Shown here: in pieces, positions 45,882-54,602 of the stretch
How positions within the stretch are numbered: position 1 is the stretch's first letter
Layout of the letters: each line of letters starts with the position of its first letter
Assembly: GCA_020632515.1 (NCBI GenBank)
Contig: JACKFK010000006.1
Location: forward strand, 11,876-75,875
Length of the DNA stretch: 64,000 nucleotides
Reading direction: 5' to 3'
Origin: Candidatus Omnitrophota bacterium
GTDB taxonomy: Bacteria > Omnitrophota > Gorgyraeia > Zapsychrales > Zapsychraceae
Notes under the pieces: generated by a model
Databases searched by the model: none
The model's input: the letters and a program-made list of their open reading frames with translations, nothing else
Told to the model about the DNA's origin: nothing
Position numbers and translations under genes: made by a program

Positions 45882-48031
45882 TGCAAAATAAAAGATTTGG
45901 CACATTTGATGGTGTATTTACTCCATGTTTATTGAGTATTTTGGGGGTCATCATGTATTTACGCCTCGGATGGGTTGTTGGAACTGTCGGGTTGGTAGGA
46001 ACTTTGGGTATTATTGTTTTTGCGAATTTTATTACATTGGCGACAAGTTTGTCTATGTCGAGTGTTGTTACTAATATACGGATTGGCGTTGGAGGAGCAT
46101 ATTCTATTATCACTAAATCGCTGGGCATTGAAGCTGGCGGTGCTATTGGTATTCCCCTATATTTATCACAGGCAATTTCTGTTGCTTTTTATATTGCTGG
46201 GTTTTCAGAATGCTGGCTCTATATTTTTCCGGATCATAATTCTTTGATAATATCAATCATTGTTTGGTGCGTTCTTTTTATTATTACGTTGTTTAGCGCG
46301 AAATTGGCATTTCGTATCCAATATTTCATTATGGCGGTTATTGTTCTTTCTTTGATATCGATAATTTTAGGAAAAGGGCAGGGAGATCTCTCATCAAATT
46401 TATGGCAATCTGTTTCAGTAAAGGGTTTTTGGGAAGCCTTCGCAATATTTTTTCCAGCAGTTACAGGCATTTTAGCTGGAGCGTCAATGTCGGGGGAATT
46501 GATTGATCCTAAAAAAGATATTCCCCGTGGAACGTTGTGGGCCATTATTGTGAGTTTTATTATTTATGTGGGGTTGGCTGTGTGTTTCGCTAGTAAGGTG
46601 CCGGCATTAGTACTTAGTGCAGATTATGTAATTTCGATTGAGATGGGGCGATGGTCTTTTCTTGTTATTCTTGGAATTATGGGGGCGACCTTATCATCTG
46701 CTTTAAATATGTTTATTGGATCTCCGCGAGTTTTATATGCGTTGGCAAAAAATAAGATAATTCCTTTCTCTAAAGTATTCTTAAAAGTAAATTCTAGAGG
46801 AGAGCCCTTTGCTGGGGTTGTTTTTTCTGGAATTGTGGCGTTAATTACGATTTGTTTGAGTTCATTAAACGAAATTGCAACATTATTGACAATGATTTTT
46901 CTTATTACCTATGGAATGATTAATTTAGTTGTGTTTTGTGAAGAGACAATGGGGATTGTCAGTTTTCGTCCAACATTTCGCGTTCCCAAAATGATTCCAT
47001 TTTTAGGGGCTTTGGGATGTGCTGGAGTAATGTTTTTAATTGATGTTAAGTTCAGTTTGATTGCTATTGTAGGTATTGTATTTATTTATTATTTATTATT
47101 AAAAAGAGAAACCGAGGTTTATTCGCCGGATATTCGAAGCGGGGTGCTGATTTTTTTAGCCGAACAATTTGCTAAATTAGCGAATCATCTTCCTTATTAT
47201 CCAAAAATATGGAAACCCAATGTAATTTTTCCTGTGCAAGATTTAACGCAGTTAAAATTTTCTTTAGGATTGATTCGAAGCATTGTAGCACCTTCAGGAC
47301 GGCTTACAGTAATTAATATTATTGAGAGTAATTATAAGAAAAGGATTTTTAATAGAAAGCAACAAGGGGAAGACAAAGTAGAAGTAGATAAACAGTTGTC
47401 TAGAGTTCTTCTGCCTCTTAAAGAGGAAGGTGTTTTTATTGAGTCGGCAGCAGTTGAAGCTTCTGATCGCGTGGCAGGGATCATTACTGTAATGCAGATG
47501 TCTAAGGGGATGTTTTTCCCTCCAAATTCCATATTTTATGTAATTGATGATGATGTTATCAATGATAAGTCTGCGCAGAATATAATTAGTGAAGCAAGTT
47601 TAGAAGGTTTAGGTATAATTTTATTAAAATATAACGCTAAGATTGGATTTAGTCAGGAAAAGATTATCAATTTATGGATACGGCATAAAAGTCCAAATAT
47701 AAATTTGTCAATTCTGCTTTCTTTACAGTTGGTTAGAAATTGGGAAGGGCGTGTAAGAATTTTGCAGGTTGTAAAAAATTCTCAAGACGTTGAAGAGGCA
47801 AGAAAATATTTAAAAAAGTTAATTGATCTCATGCGTTTACCACTAGATTCTGAAATAGAAGTATTGTGTGGAGAATTTCAAGAGCAGTTGTTACACGCTT
47901 CTCCCGCGGACATTAATATATTTGGCATGCAGGAGACGATAGATTTTGACTTGATGCGTCAGGTTGCTGATAAGATTAATACATCGGTTTTATTCTTAAG
48001 AGATTCAAAACATGAAAGTGCGTTAGCATGA
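45881..48031 (+). CDS. SLC12-like cation-chloride cotransporter homologue (APC superfamily) with a large cytoplasmic C-terminal domain
   Basis: The N-terminal GTFDGVFTPCLLSILGVIMYLRLGWVVG is the CCC hallmark. About 12 TM segments are followed by a soluble domain of about 280 aa. The start overlaps the tatC stop (TAATG). Confidence 0.75.
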   Translation: MQNKRFGTFDGVFTPCLLSILGVIMYLRLGWVVGTVGLVGTLGIIVFANFITLATSLSMSSVVTNIRIGVGGAYSIITKSLGIEAGGAIGIPLYLSQAISVAFYIAGFSECWLYIFPDHNSLIISIIVWCVLFIITLFSAKLAFRIQYFIMAVIVLSLISIILGKGQGDLSSNLWQSVSVKGFWEAFAIFFPAVTGILAGASMSGELIDPKKDIPRGTLWAIIVSFIIYVGLAVCFASKVPALVLSADYVISIEMGRWSFLVILGIMGATLSSALNMFIGSPRVLYALAKNKIIPFSKVFLKVNSRGEPFAGVVFSGIVALITICLSSLNEIATLLTMIFLITYGMINLVVFCEETMGIVSFRPTFRVPKMIPFLGALGCAGVMFLIDVKFSLIAIVGIVFIYYLLLKRETEVYSPDIRSGVLIFLAEQFAKLANHLPYYPKIWKPNVIFPVQDLTQLKFSLGLIRSIVAPSGRLTVINIIESNYKKRIFNRKQQGEDKVEVDKQLSRVLLPLKEEGVFIESAAVEASDRVAGIITVMQMSKGMFFPPNSIFYVIDDDVINDKSAQNIISEASLEGLGIILLKYNAKIGFSQEKIINLWIRHKSPNINLSILLSLQLVRNWEGRVRILQVVKNSQDVEEARKYLKKLIDLMRLPLDSEIEVLCGEFQEQLLHASPADINIFGMQETIDFDLMRQVADKINTSVLFLRDSKHESALA

Positions 48032-48561
48032 CATTTAAAAATAAATTTTTAGTAATAATTGTTTTTGTTATTAGTTTTTTTAATTTTTCCGACGTGTGTT
48101 ATGGAAGTCTTATGAATAGAAAAGAAGCTATGATGATTGTTGAGACTACAGAAGAAGTCAAGGCTCTCTATGAATTAAATGACGGCGTGTTTATTAATTG
48201 TATAGAAAAGAGTGTGGTTAGACCTTGCGATACTGAGTGGGTTACATGCATTGATGATGCGTGGGTTGTTGAATTTAAATTAGGCAAAGCGTGTGGTATA
48301 GAGCATGATGGCAGGTTAAAAATAACTATGGTTGTGAATGCGAAAACAGGTGAAATTATTTCACGTTTTCCAGAGGCGGAGTATTTTAAAGATAAGAATT
48401 ATTGTTTGGAAAGTTATGATTGTATTAGTATTCCAAATAATGAGGAAGGTTTGGATAGTAAGTGTGTTAATTTTGTTTATGGGCAAATAGAAGCTAATGG
48501 GAATTTAGTTAATGAAGCCTGTAGATGTTTAGAGAATATTTGTCAGGAAGATTTAAATTAA
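48028..48561 (+). CDS. Secreted Cys-rich hypothetical protein
   Basis: Signal-like N-terminus, about 10 Cys, and a PepSY-like stretch (WVVEFKLG...ITMVVNAKTGEII). ATGA overlap with the upstream gene. Confidence 0.4.
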   Translation: MTFKNKFLVIIVFVISFFNFSDVCYGSLMNRKEAMMIVETTEEVKALYELNDGVFINCIEKSVVRPCDTEWVTCIDDAWVVEFKLGKACGIEHDGRLKITMVVNAKTGEIISRFPEAEYFKDKNYCLESYDCISIPNNEEGLDSKCVNFVYGQIEANGNLVNEACRCLENICQEDLN

Positions 48562-48599
48562 TGAGTTTTTCATTTGTGTAAATGAATGAAGGAGGCGTT

Positions 48600-48821
48600 A
48601 TGAATATCAATGAATTGAAAGAATTATTAAAAGATAAAAGAGTTATCGAGGAGATTAATAAGCATCTTTGGATCGAAAGTCAGAAAGCAGGATATAGTAT
48701 CGGGATTGAGCGGGCTACAGATGAATGGTTAAGATTGTATGCTGAGGAATGGATGAAATATCATCAGCCTGAAGAGTATGAAAGAATGATGAGCAAAAAG
48801 GCGAAAAAGAAGAAAAAATAA
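48600..48821 (+). CDS. Small hypothetical protein with a poly-Lys tail
   Basis: GGAGG lies 5 nt before the ATG at 48600. The protein MNINELKELL...HLWIESQKAGYSIGIERATDEWLRLY... ends in SKKAKKKKK. Confidence 0.45.
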   Translation: MNINELKELLKDKRVIEEINKHLWIESQKAGYSIGIERATDEWLRLYAEEWMKYHQPEEYERMMSKKAKKKKK

Positions 48822-48835
48822 ACTGCGAAGTATAA

Positions 48836-48875
48836 AAATAAAAACCCTCTGAGAGTATCAGAGGGTTTTTATTTT
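48836..48875. terminator. Bidirectional rho-independent terminator
   Basis: Perfect stem AAAACCCTCTGA / TCAGAGGGTTTT with loop GAGTA. It has an A-tract on the left and a T-tract on the right, and sits between two convergent genes. Confidence 0.7.
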
Positions 48876-48894
48876 AAGCTAACTGTACAACAGC

Positions 48895-48984
48895 TTATTT
48901 TCTTTTTGCTGCTTTTTTTGTTGCTTTTTTCTTTGCTGCTTTTTTTGTTGCTTTTTTCTTTGTTGCTTTTTTCTTTACTGCCAT
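48895..48984 (-). CDS. Untracked 29-codon Lys/Ala-repeat micro-ORF (histone-H1-tail-like basic peptide)
   Basis: On the minus strand, AAGGAGGGGTCAT precedes ATG. The ORF reads MAVKKKATKKKATKKAAKKKATKKAAKRK then TAA. The stop lies about 30 nt before the bidirectional terminator. Confidence 0.55.
   Translation of the reverse strand: MAVKKKATKKKATKKAAKKKATKKAAKRK
48905..48976. repeat. 27-bp tandem repeat (2 exact units plus a partial third)
   Basis: TTTGCTGCTTTTTTTGTTGCTTTTTTC occurs at 48905-48931 and again at 48932-48958. TTTGTTGCTTTTTTCTTTA follows. Confidence 0.9.
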
Positions 48985-49251
48985 ATGACCCCTCCTTTAT
49001 TAAGAGATTTATTTCTCTTTTTTAAATTTAACTTTATAATAACACACGGTTTTTTTTATGCAAAAATAATTTTAGTTTTTTTGTTAATAAAAAATAAAAA
49101 ATTTGGTTTATTTATTTAGAAATCAATTTTTTATTCAAAAACAGCGACGAGAAAATTATTTAAATTTTAAACGTCGTTATTGTAAAATTTCTAAAATTTA
49201 AAAATTAAAAAAGTGTTTTTTAAAACGAAAATTAAATTCAAAAATTAAAAA

Positions 49252-50358
49252 ATGGCTTCTTTATATATACATATTCCTTTCTGTGAGAAAAAATGTTTTT
49301 ATTGTTCGTTTGTTATTGCTGTTGGACAAGAAAATAAGATTGACCAGTATTTGAAGTGTTTAAAAATTGAAGCGCAAAAATATAAAGGAACAAAAATTGA
49401 AACGATTTATGTTGGCGGGGGAACTCCAAGCTTGCTTAACACATCTCAAATTAATCAATTATTTGAAATTATATATGAAACTTTTGACGTTGAAGTTTCA
49501 TTAGAAATTTCGTTTGAATTTAATCCAGAGAGTGTTGAACAAAATAAAGTTTCAATATTGAAAAAACTAGGTGTTAATCGAATGAGTTTGGGTGTGCAAA
49601 GTTTTAATGAACAATATTTAAAATACTTAGGAAGAAATCATAGTGAGCAGTCAGCGCTGAATGCTTATCGTATAATTCATGCTGAAAATGTGGGCTCAAT
49701 CAATGTAGATATGATGTTTATGTTTCCAGGGCAAACCATAATGGAATTGGAAGACGAATTGAAGATATTTACACAAATGAAAAGTGAGCATTTGTCTTTA
49801 TATACTTTGACCTTAGAGAAAAATAGCCGGTTTTTTACAAAGAATATAAAACTCGATAGTGAGAAATTACAGGCAAAATATTACGAAATTGTTAGGAAGG
49901 TTTTAGAAAATGAAGGATTCAAACAGTATGAGATAAGTAATTTTTCAAAAGAAGGTTATCAGTCTCAACATAATCTGAATTATTGGAGCGGCGGAGAATA
50001 TATTGGTCTTGGGGTAGGGGCTCATTCTTTTTTTAATGGACGAATGTATTGGAATGTGTCTCGATTGATGTTATATATGAAGATGATTCAAGACGAAAGA
50101 TCGGCTATTGAACATGCTGAGCAAATGAGTGTTTTAAAACAATGTGAAAATGCGTTGTTATTTGGATTGCGTATGAATAGTGGGGTGGATATAAATGAAT
50201 TAGAGAAGAGATATGGGAAGATATTAAATTCTGAACAGTATGATGAGATACACAATCTAATTAAGAGTAAATTGTTATTAAAAGAAGGTAATACTATTAG
50301 AGTGAGTGATAAAGGGAGACTTGTGTTAGATGAGATTTGTTCGAGATTAATTTCATGA
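49252..50358 (+). CDS. hemW: Radical SAM HemW/HemN-like protein (heme chaperone / oxygen-independent coproporphyrinogen oxidase family)
   Basis: LYIHIPFCEKKCFYCSF, YVGGGTPS, NRMSLGVQSF, and HNLNYW. Confidence 0.8.
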   Translation: MASLYIHIPFCEKKCFYCSFVIAVGQENKIDQYLKCLKIEAQKYKGTKIETIYVGGGTPSLLNTSQINQLFEIIYETFDVEVSLEISFEFNPESVEQNKVSILKKLGVNRMSLGVQSFNEQYLKYLGRNHSEQSALNAYRIIHAENVGSINVDMMFMFPGQTIMELEDELKIFTQMKSEHLSLYTLTLEKNSRFFTKNIKLDSEKLQAKYYEIVRKVLENEGFKQYEISNFSKEGYQSQHNLNYWSGGEYIGLGVGAHSFFNGRMYWNVSRLMLYMKMIQDERSAIEHAEQMSVLKQCENALLFGLRMNSGVDINELEKRYGKILNSEQYDEIHNLIKSKLLLKEGNTIRVSDKGRLVLDEICSRLIS

Positions 50359-52391
50359 TTAAAAAGCCCAACACTATTTTAAATTGTTTAGGTTTTGGAA
50401 TAATTATCACTTTAGGCTTTGCAATTTATTCTAATTCATTTAATGGTTCATTTAAGTTTGATGATGTTCCTTTTATTGTCCATAATCAATCAGTTCATAA
50501 CATTAAAGATTTAGGGGGAATATATGCGTTCTCACCAACTAGATTTATTACTTTTTTCTCTTTCGCATTAAATTATCATTTTCATCAGTTGAATGTATTT
50601 GGATACCACATTGTGAACTGGGTTGTTCATATTTTGAATTCTATGTTGGTATGGTGGTTAGTTCTTCTAACATTCTCAACGCCCCGATTGAAAGAATCAG
50701 AAAAAGCGAAAAATTCCAATCTTATAGCGTTATTTACAGCACTATTATTTTTAGCGCATCCAATTCAAACTCAAGCGGTTTCTTATATCTATCAACGGCT
50801 TGCTTTATTAGCATGTTTTTTTTATTTATTATCTTTATGTTGTTTTGTTAAAGGCCGGTCTGTGAAGATGTCTGTAGAGGCTGTTCTCTTATATATACTA
50901 TCATTGATAGCCGCTATTTTGGGCATGTTTACAAAGCAAAATGTTTTTACTTTGCCATTTATCATTGTTATTTATGAATTTATCTTTTTTAATAATCCAA
51001 ATGAAAAAATAAAATTTAAAAAACTGTTCTATTTATTCTTGTTTATTATCCCAATATTGATAATTATTCCAGCTATTTATTCTTTTGATGCGTTGACGAT
51101 TTTATTTGAAAGAAGAGTTTTTGAAAGGCATGGAACAGAAATATTAACCCCGTGGATATATTTATTGACACAGTTTAAGGTTATTGTCCTTTATTTAAAG
51201 TTATTATTCTTGCCTGTAAATCAAAATTTTGATCATCATGTTCAGTTATCTTATAGCTTTTTTAATACCCCAACATTAATATGTTTTTTATCACTTTGTA
51301 GCTTTTTCTTAGTGAGTGTATTGGTAAGAAAAAGATTTCCAATTGTATTCTTTGGAGGTGTTTGGTTTTTTGTAACTCTTTCTGTCGAGTCCAGCATCAT
51401 TCCTATTCAGAATGTTGTGTGGGAGCATAGAGTCTATTTGCCATCTATTGGAATTTTTTTGATGGTAGCGTTTGTGTTGGCGCAGATCTTTACAAATCGA
51501 AAATCGTATAGTTTGATAATGGGAATAATTGTTATAGTGTTGTCTTTTTTAACATATCAACGAAACATGGTGTGGCAAAATAATATTGCCTTTTGGGGTG
51601 ATGTGATTTTAAAGTCACCTAATAAAGCTAGAGGGTATCATAATTTAGGCGCCGCATATATTGATAATAAACAATATGATTTGGCGCAAAAGAATCTATT
51701 GAGATCGATTGAATTAGATCCAACTTTTTCTGAGGCTTATAGTGTGTTAGCGCAGATATTTATTGACGAGGGCCGATTAGAAGAAGCTAAAGAGCAATTA
51801 GTAAAAGCGTTAGATTTGGATCCACAATCTTTTGCTGCATTAAATAATCTTGGGACGATTTATGTGCTCCAGGGTGAATTAACAAAGGCAAAGGAATTAT
51901 TTATAAAAGCGAATCAGACAAATCCTGGTTTTACTCAACCTGTTTTTAATTTGGCGGATGTTCATATGAAAGAGGGGAACTACGTCCAGGCTGAAGAAAT
52001 TTATCAAAAAATCGTAGCAGTAAATCCGCATGATCATCAGGGGTTATATCATCTAATCGAAGTTAATTTGCGTATGAAAGAATTTGATAAAGCTTTAAGT
52101 TTGGGAAAGAAATTTATTCGTCAAAATCATGATGCGGAATTATTGACGAGATTAGGAAGTTTATTTGCTTTAAATCAGTACACAAACATGGCGTTATTGT
52201 GTTTTGATGAATCTTTAAAGGTCGACAATCGGTATGCTCAAACTTATTTAGAAATGGGAAAAGTATTTGGGAATAAGAATGAATTTGATAATGCTATTAC
52301 TGTATGGGAAGAAGGTTTGAGGTTTAATCCTTCCGACGGGAGGTTTTTAGATCTTATTCGACAAGCTAAAGCTTTGAATAAAGAAAATTAA
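50355..52391 (+). CDS. TMTC/PMT-like GT-C membrane protein with C-terminal TPR repeats
   Basis: Motifs YSNSFNGSFKFDDVPFIVHN, GYHIVNWVVHILN and AHPIQTQAVSYIYQR. At least 6 TPRs (YHNLGAAYIDNKQYDLAQKNLLRSIELDPTF...). The ATG at 50355 overlaps the hemW stop (ATGA). Confidence 0.6.
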   Translation: MIKKPNTILNCLGFGIIITLGFAIYSNSFNGSFKFDDVPFIVHNQSVHNIKDLGGIYAFSPTRFITFFSFALNYHFHQLNVFGYHIVNWVVHILNSMLVWWLVLLTFSTPRLKESEKAKNSNLIALFTALLFLAHPIQTQAVSYIYQRLALLACFFYLLSLCCFVKGRSVKMSVEAVLLYILSLIAAILGMFTKQNVFTLPFIIVIYEFIFFNNPNEKIKFKKLFYLFLFIIPILIIIPAIYSFDALTILFERRVFERHGTEILTPWIYLLTQFKVIVLYLKLLFLPVNQNFDHHVQLSYSFFNTPTLICFLSLCSFFLVSVLVRKRFPIVFFGGVWFFVTLSVESSIIPIQNVVWEHRVYLPSIGIFLMVAFVLAQIFTNRKSYSLIMGIIVIVLSFLTYQRNMVWQNNIAFWGDVILKSPNKARGYHNLGAAYIDNKQYDLAQKNLLRSIELDPTFSEAYSVLAQIFIDEGRLEEAKEQLVKALDLDPQSFAALNNLGTIYVLQGELTKAKELFIKANQTNPGFTQPVFNLADVHMKEGNYVQAEEIYQKIVAVNPHDHQGLYHLIEVNLRMKEFDKALSLGKKFIRQNHDAELLTRLGSLFALNQYTNMALLCFDESLKVDNRYAQTYLEMGKVFGNKNEFDNAITVWEEGLRFNPSDGRFLDLIRQAKALNKEN

Positions 52392-52403
52392 TTAAAGATG
52401 TGG

Positions 52404-53522
52404 TTATGAAGAGGTGGCTTTATGTAATTCAGCCATTCGTTGGCTATGTTTAAATAATTGGCGGATCGCGTTTTGAATAATGTTTTTATATTGTTTTTTC
52501 ATTTTCAGCTTATCAATGATAATAAAAGTCTTTTTTATCCTGTGATTGATTTCTTTTAGGCTGTATTCCAAGCTTCCTGCCTGCATGAATAATTTTCTGA
52601 TGGTAATGAGATCTTTATAGGTTTTTTTAGGTTTTGTAAAACAAGTCACAAACTCTTTATGTTTTTTTCCTTTTAATTTCTCATAGGCATGACAGACGAG
52701 TATTGTTTTTTTCATTTCGGCAATGTCGCTTAAAATAGATTTTCCGATATTTTTTTGTGAATCAAAGATACCGATAATATCATCTTGAATTTGGAAAGCT
52801 TGTCCTACCATAATTCCTAATTCTGAAAGTAGTTTAATATCTTTTTCTCCAGCCCCGGCGAGGATAGCTCCTGTTACCATAGGGCAATCAAAAGTATAGC
52901 GAGCGGTTTTTAGTGTGTAGTTTAAAAAAACATCTTTTTCTTTGATTTGTTTTAGGCTTGCGACACCATGAAGAGTATCAATAAATTCGCCCATGGCTGT
53001 AAAAGCAGCTGTTTGGATAAAATATTTGAGGGCGCGTTCTTTACGTTCCGGGGCTTCTTTGATGGATAAGAAAGCGTCGATGGCTAACGCATAAACAATA
53101 TCCCCGGCAATAATTCCTAAATCGAAACCAAGTTTTTGTTGTTCTTTCGTTTTAGCCATTTTTTCAAGTAATTTATGAAGCGTTGGTTTTCCTCTTCGGA
53201 GATTTGATCGATCAATGATGTCATCATGAATAAGCATAAAGTTATGAAGAAGTTCAATACAGGTAGAAGCATTATATAGAGAAGAAGGTATTCTTTTGTT
53301 ATTTGGGCAGTATCCTTGATAACACAGAATTAAAAGAAGGGGGCGAATACGTTTGCCTTTTCTTAAAGAAAATTCCCGAATGCTCTCATATAAAACAGGG
53401 CTGACAAGATGAAGTTTATAGTCCTTCTTAATCCTTTCCATGAAGGATTCGAGACTATTATCAATTTTTGTTCGAATTTGTTCAATCATGAAGGCATATG
53501 GTATCATACTAAGATTCATCAA
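52404..53522 (-). CDS. Polyprenyl diphosphate synthase (trans-isoprenyl diphosphate synthase family)
   Basis: First Asp-rich motif LIHDDIIDRS and second Asp-rich motif FQIQDDIIG. Product chain length cannot be inferred by eye. Confidence 0.85.
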   Translation of the reverse strand: MMNLSMIPYAFMIEQIRTKIDNSLESFMERIKKDYKLHLVSPVLYESIREFSLRKGKRIRPLLLILCYQGYCPNNKRIPSSLYNASTCIELLHNFMLIHDDIIDRSNLRRGKPTLHKLLEKMAKTKEQQKLGFDLGIIAGDIVYALAIDAFLSIKEAPERKERALKYFIQTAAFTAMGEFIDTLHGVASLKQIKEKDVFLNYTLKTARYTFDCPMVTGAILAGAGEKDIKLLSELGIMVGQAFQIQDDIIGIFDSQKNIGKSILSDIAEMKKTILVCHAYEKLKGKKHKEFVTCFTKPKKTYKDLITIRKLFMQAGSLEYSLKEINHRIKKTFIIIDKLKMKKQYKNIIQNAIRQLFKHSQRMAELHKATSS

Positions 53523-53646
53523 TCAATAAAATTTCAATCAGAAGTTTTATTCATAAGTCGGGAATGAAGAGCTGACGACTATTTATGATTTTTAATTGAT
53601 AAATAAATATTATTTCAATAAAATAAATTTATCTTTAGTAATAATA

Positions 53647-54240
53647 ATGAAAGGATTGTTTATGAAAAGTAGCATATTTGTTTTAGGGTTTATCTTATTG
53701 TTTTTTGGAATAAATAACAGTTGGGCAGAGGTTATTCATTTAAAGGATGGGAAAAAAATAAAAGGGAAAGTTGTAGAACGCGGACCGACGTATACCATGA
53801 TCGAACGTAATGGTGAAGTTAAAAGATATGAAAATAATGAATTGGAACGTATTGACATGATTGATGATGGTTTTTATGAAAATACCACCTCTATTGATGC
53901 ATCTCAATTTAAGGATATTACAGAGAAGAAAGTTAACTTAATTATCCATTTAATGCAGGTTGATGGCACCAGGACAATGTTAGAGAATGATTTTCAGGAA
54001 ATTATTAATAATGCACCTCAAGAAAATCAGGAGCAGTTGAAAGATGTTTTTAATATCGATGATGTGTTTACAGTAATCATACCAATTTTTGATCGGTATT
54101 ATACGGAAGATGAATTAATTCAAATGGTTCAATTTTTTGAGAGTAAAGCGGGAAATAAATTTATCAATGCTAAGAATGAAATTCTTAAAGAAATTATTAA
54201 TGCTAGCGCCCAGCACTTTAGAAAGAAAATGAATTTATAA
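53647..54240 (+). CDS. Secreted DUF2059-like protein
   Basis: Signal peptide, an N-terminal module IHLKDGKKIKGKVVERGPTYTMIERNGEV, and a C-terminal YYTEDELIQMVQFFESKAGNKF typical of DUF2059. Confidence 0.55.
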   Translation: MKGLFMKSSIFVLGFILLFFGINNSWAEVIHLKDGKKIKGKVVERGPTYTMIERNGEVKRYENNELERIDMIDDGFYENTTSIDASQFKDITEKKVNLIIHLMQVDGTRTMLENDFQEIINNAPQENQEQLKDVFNIDDVFTVIIPIFDRYYTEDELIQMVQFFESKAGNKFINAKNEILKEIINASAQHFRKKMNL

Positions 54241-54437
54241 AACTTGCCTGTTAGTTAACGCCTTCGAGAAAATCTTTAAAAAACATAGTTTTTTAGAATT
54301 ATCCTTCTAATTGGGAATATAACCTATTATTTTCTATATTCTTATATTATTGTATTTAAATAACTTACATTATTTTATTAATAAAAATACGAAATTCTTG
54401 TGAATTTTAATTGACCTTAAAAATTTTCTTTGATATA

Positions 54438-54468
54438 TTAATGCCTCATGCATTAAGGTTTTTGGTTT
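54438..54468 (+). terminator. Weak hairpin plus T-tract in the long leader upstream of purB (terminator or attenuator candidate)
   Basis: TTAATGC-CTCAT-GCATTAA followed by GGTTTTTGGTTTATTTTT. The stem is only 7 bp and AT-rich. Confidence 0.25.
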
Positions 54469-54602
54469 ATTTTTGGATAAGAATTATTCTGAATTTTAAC
54501 CTATTTATTTATAGGCTGTTATAAGTCATTAGAGTTTTGTTCAGAAATAGTATAGGATTAGATTAGTAAGGTCGCAAATCATTAAAAAAGGAGTTTAAAA
54601 AA

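Noticed and set aside
48898-48976. Possible CRISPR-like or minisatellite array
   Set aside because: The repeats abut with no spacers and there are only about 2.7 units. They are explained as the coding repeat of the Lys/Ala micro-ORF.
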